The notes beneath the pieces were generated by a model. The model searched no databases and was not told where the DNA came from. It saw only the letters and a program-made list of their open reading frames with translations. 64,000 bases of DNA from Acidobacteriota bacterium (GTDB lineage Bacteria; Acidobacteriota; UBA890; WLXD01), in the NCBI GenBank assembly GCA_965205505.1, contig CBDBHB010000009.1, positions 1,088,001 to 1,152,000 on the forward strand, written 5' to 3'. The translations under genes were made by a program, and so were the position numbers. Shown here in pieces: positions 61,137-64,000 of the stretch (positions within the stretch are counted from its first letter, which is position 1; each line of letters begins with the position of its first letter).

Positions 61137-62516
61137 ATGAGCGTACCGCGTGAGCGACGAATGCCTGTCCTGGTCGCGCTGATAGCACTGACATTGCCGG
61201 CGGTCGGTTGTGCCGAGGTCGACAACGGTGCCTCGCCCCAATCTGACGTCACCGCGATCACCGGCGCACGCATCATCGACGGCAACGGTGGCGAGCCAGT
61301 GGCGGATGGCGTAGTCGTGATCCGCGGCGAGCGCATCGAAGCGGTCGGGCCGGCGAGCACGACTCCGGTGCCCGACGGCGCCCGGATCATCGATGCAACG
61401 GGGCAGACTGCCCTGCCGGGCCTGGCGGACATGCATGTTCACCTGGGACAGGGCGGCTGGGACGGCACGACGGCGGATTTCCTCGGGTTTCAGCGCTATC
61501 TCAACGCGCACCTCTATGCCGGCGTCACTACCGTCCTGACGCTGGGCGACTCGGGGCCGCATATCCAACAGATCCACGACGAGATCGAGGCCGGTCGACT
61601 GTTGGGCCCCCGGGTGTACTTCGCCGGTCCCATGTTCGACGGACCGGAGCCGTCGTGGCCCGAACTGTCCTATGCGATCTCGTCAGAGTCGCAGATGCAG
61701 GGCTATGTACGCAAGCTCAAGGCTGCCGGCGCCCATGTCATCAAGGGCTACGGGGGCCTGACCGACGAGATGCTCGTGCACCTGGTCGAAGCGGCGGAGC
61801 TGGAAGGACTCCCGGTCATCGTGGACGCCTGGCGCCGCAACGGCTCTGCGGGGTCCGCGGCCACCGGGATCACCGCTTTCGCACACTTGGGACGCGAGGT
61901 TACCGACGAAGCGATCGAGGTAATGCTCCGAGGGGGTGTGGCAACCATCACGACGGCCACCCTGGCCGACTCGCGGTTGCGGTGGCAAGAGCGCGGTGGT
62001 GACTTCGCCGAGGCGCCGCTGGTGGGCGCGGTTACCCCGCCGTGGGTGTTCGAGCCGCTCACCGACGTGGTGATCCGGGGGCAGGGGACGTCGTATGGCA
62101 GCGGCGGGGCGGAGCAGCGCAGCACGCTGTTGCACAACGCCAAGCGAATGTTCGATGCCGGCATCATGCTGGTGGCAGGCACCGACACACCGGCGCCTGG
62201 GTTGTTCTTCGGCGAAGGATTACATCGTGAGTTGGAACTTCTGGTCGAAGCCGGGCTGACCCCTCTGCAGGCGATCTCGACGGCAACGCGCAACGCTGCG
62301 GCGCTGATGCAAGCAGATGACTGGGGCACCCTCGAGGCGGGTAAACGCGCCGACGTATTGATCGTCGATGGCGATCCCAGCATCAGCATCGGCGATACGC
62401 GGAACATCGCTGTGCTCCTGCAAGGCGGCAGGGTCGTTGATCGCCAGCAGCTCGAGTTCGACTCCGCGACCGATCCCGGCTACAGAGCCGCCGGTAACGT
62501 CACCCGGCCGCGGTAG
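61137..62516 (+). CDS. Amidohydrolase family lipoprotein
   Basis: PGLADMHVH, AGTD, GTLEAGKRAD. Confidence 0.87.
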   Translation: MSVPRERRMPVLVALIALTLPAVGCAEVDNGASPQSDVTAITGARIIDGNGGEPVADGVVVIRGERIEAVGPASTTPVPDGARIIDATGQTALPGLADMHVHLGQGGWDGTTADFLGFQRYLNAHLYAGVTTVLTLGDSGPHIQQIHDEIEAGRLLGPRVYFAGPMFDGPEPSWPELSYAISSESQMQGYVRKLKAAGAHVIKGYGGLTDEMLVHLVEAAELEGLPVIVDAWRRNGSAGSAATGITAFAHLGREVTDEAIEVMLRGGVATITTATLADSRLRWQERGGDFAEAPLVGAVTPPWVFEPLTDVVIRGQGTSYGSGGAEQRSTLLHNAKRMFDAGIMLVAGTDTPAPGLFFGEGLHRELELLVEAGLTPLQAISTATRNAAALMQADDWGTLEAGKRADVLIVDGDPSISIGDTRNIAVLLQGGRVVDRQQLEFDSATDPGYRAAGNVTRPR

Positions 62517-62550
62517 CGCGATCGCTGCCATCATCGACGGAAGCACGTAG

Positions 62551-63588
62551 ATGCGATTTACCCTGGTGATCAACATGGAGCGCATGCACCCAGACGAGGA
62601 CATGCGCGACGTGGCGCGTCACGTCACCGAGATGGTGCAGATGGCGGATGCCGGTGGCTTCGACATTGTCTGGGCCGCCGAGCACCACGCCATCGAGATG
62701 ACTATCGCCCCAGGCCCCTTCCAGCTGCTGGCGCACTTGGCCGCGCATACTTCACGTATTCGCCTCGGCACCGCCGTGGTCGTCGCCCCCTACTGGCATC
62801 CGATCAAGCTGGCCGGCGAGGCGGCGATGATCGACCTGCTTTCCGGCGGTCGCCTCGAGCTCGGTATCGGCAAGGGCGCCTACCAGCGCGAGTTCGATCG
62901 AATGGTCGATGGCATCGATCTGAATCAGGGCGTGCCGATGATGCTCGAGATGATGCCGGCGCTGAAGGCCCTCTGGCGAGGCGACTACGCGCATGACGGG
63001 GAGTACTGGTCGTTCCCCGCCACCACGTCGTGCCCCAAGCCGCTGCAAAAGCCCCATCCCCCGCTTTGGGTGGCGGCGCGCCATCCGACGTCGTTCGACT
63101 CGGCGGTAGAGCACGGCTGCAGCGTCATGACCTGGGCCCTGACCCGGCCGTTCGCCGAAGTCGAGGCCTACATGGGTCGCTTCGAGGACGCCGTTGCCAA
63201 CCATCCTGAAGCAGAGCGGCCTCGTTTCATGACCATGCGCCACGCGGCCGTCTATGAGCGACCCGAGGACGCCGATACCTATGTCAACGCGGTCATCCTG
63301 CAGGGGGGTCAGTTCGAGAACTTATTCGGGCAGCTAGCGCCGGTGGTAGAGGGATTTCCCGAGGCCGTGTCGTTCGAGAAGCTCAGGAACCGCGCCGAGT
63401 ACGAGCCCGAGGTGTTGCTCGAGAACCTTATCTTCGGGTCTCCCGACCAGGTGATCGAGAAGCTGAGACCCTACGAAGCGCTCGGTGTCGACTACTTCTG
63501 TTACTGCGCCAGCTACGGCTGCCCGATGCCGGAGCAGAAGACGTCGCTACGACTGTTCATCGATGAGGTGATGCCGGCTTTCCAGTAG
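62551..63588 (+). CDS. LLM-class flavin-dependent monooxygenase
   Basis: AEHH, IRLGTAV, SGGRLELGIG, PKPLQKPHPP. Confidence 0.92.
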   Translation: MRFTLVINMERMHPDEDMRDVARHVTEMVQMADAGGFDIVWAAEHHAIEMTIAPGPFQLLAHLAAHTSRIRLGTAVVVAPYWHPIKLAGEAAMIDLLSGGRLELGIGKGAYQREFDRMVDGIDLNQGVPMMLEMMPALKALWRGDYAHDGEYWSFPATTSCPKPLQKPHPPLWVAARHPTSFDSAVEHGCSVMTWALTRPFAEVEAYMGRFEDAVANHPEAERPRFMTMRHAAVYERPEDADTYVNAVILQGGQFENLFGQLAPVVEGFPEAVSFEKLRNRAEYEPEVLLENLIFGSPDQVIEKLRPYEALGVDYFCYCASYGCPMPEQKTSLRLFIDEVMPAFQ

Positions 63589-63678
63589 CTGCCGTGACGC
63601 GTGAAGGAGGTGCGCCGCGACACCCGCAGCCGACCACGCAACGTGCGAGAATCCAACAATCAAGGACGGGAGCCGACG

Positions 63679-63930
63679 ATGCCGATCTACGAATACTCCT
63701 GCAATGCATGCAGCGACAGCTTCGAGATCCTCGTGTTGACGAACACGACGCTCGAATGCCCCTCCTGCGCAAGTCGAGACCTCGAGCGCTTGATCTCGCA
63801 GCCGTCGGTGCACTCCGAAGGCACGCACCGCATGGCCATGCGAGCTGCCAAGAAGCGTGACCGGGCGCTCGCCACGGATCGCGCCATCGAGCAGCGCAAG
63901 TACGAAGAGAGTCACGACCGGCACGGTTGA
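63679..63930 (+). CDS. FmdB-family zinc-ribbon protein
   Basis: MPIYEYSCNAC..CPSC. Confidence 0.9.
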   Translation: MPIYEYSCNACSDSFEILVLTNTTLECPSCASRDLERLISQPSVHSEGTHRMAMRAAKKRDRALATDRAIEQRKYEESHDRHG

Positions 63931-63933
63931 GCC

Positions 63934-64000
63934 TTGATTCGCGCCATCGCTCCTGTTGCAACGTTGTTGTTCGGTGTGGCGATTCTGCTCGCCGGTCAGG
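63934..64000 (+). CDS. Probable MFS transporter N-terminus (partial)
   Basis: LIRAIAPVATLLFGVAILLAGQ resembles TM1 of YcaD-like MFS proteins. Confidence 0.45.
   Translation, partial: MIRAIAPVATLLFGVAILLAGQ

Noticed and set aside
1-64000. CRISPR array, rRNA, integrase or transposase
   Set aside because: None recognised; no regularly spaced identical repeats seen.
1-64000. Genome-wide TAG reassignment
   Set aside because: ahcY, the SahR-like gene, rlmI, ALDH and others end at TAG at their expected C-termini.

Overview
High-GC bacterial DNA. The gene repertoire (carboxypeptidase-domain TonB-dependent receptor, kinase-TolB fusion, PQQ propellers, DUF4097, HEAT proteins) looks Acidobacteriota-like; this is inference. 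Positions 1-37.7 kb and 55.7-64 kb hold mostly housekeeping and envelope genes (SahR-like regulator plus ahcY, lepB, ogt, aconitase X pair, galK, MATE, SSS, BamA-like, nudC, S9 peptidase, RlmI-like, rdgB, amidase/GerMN, ALDH/LLM catabolic genes). They are interspersed with orphan gene fragments, two frameshifts caused by tandem duplications, one complete 279-bp CTAG-bounded MITE and several solo CTAG-end repeats sitting on TAG stop codons. From about 37.7 kb to the 3' end of tRNA-Pro(TGG) at 55.73 kb lies an accessory region. It contains a decaying amino-sugar/glycosylation cluster, a broken sulfatase, a Ser/Thr kinase whose Gly-rich loop is micro-inverted, and two paralogous small Cys-containing ORFs each followed by a 93%-identical hairpin element. 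It also has an intact, translationally coupled operon of a ThsB-like TIR gene and an uncharacterised membrane protein, the best candidate here for an undescribed Thoeris-like anti-phage system. All product calls come from motif recognition by eye; no searches were run.
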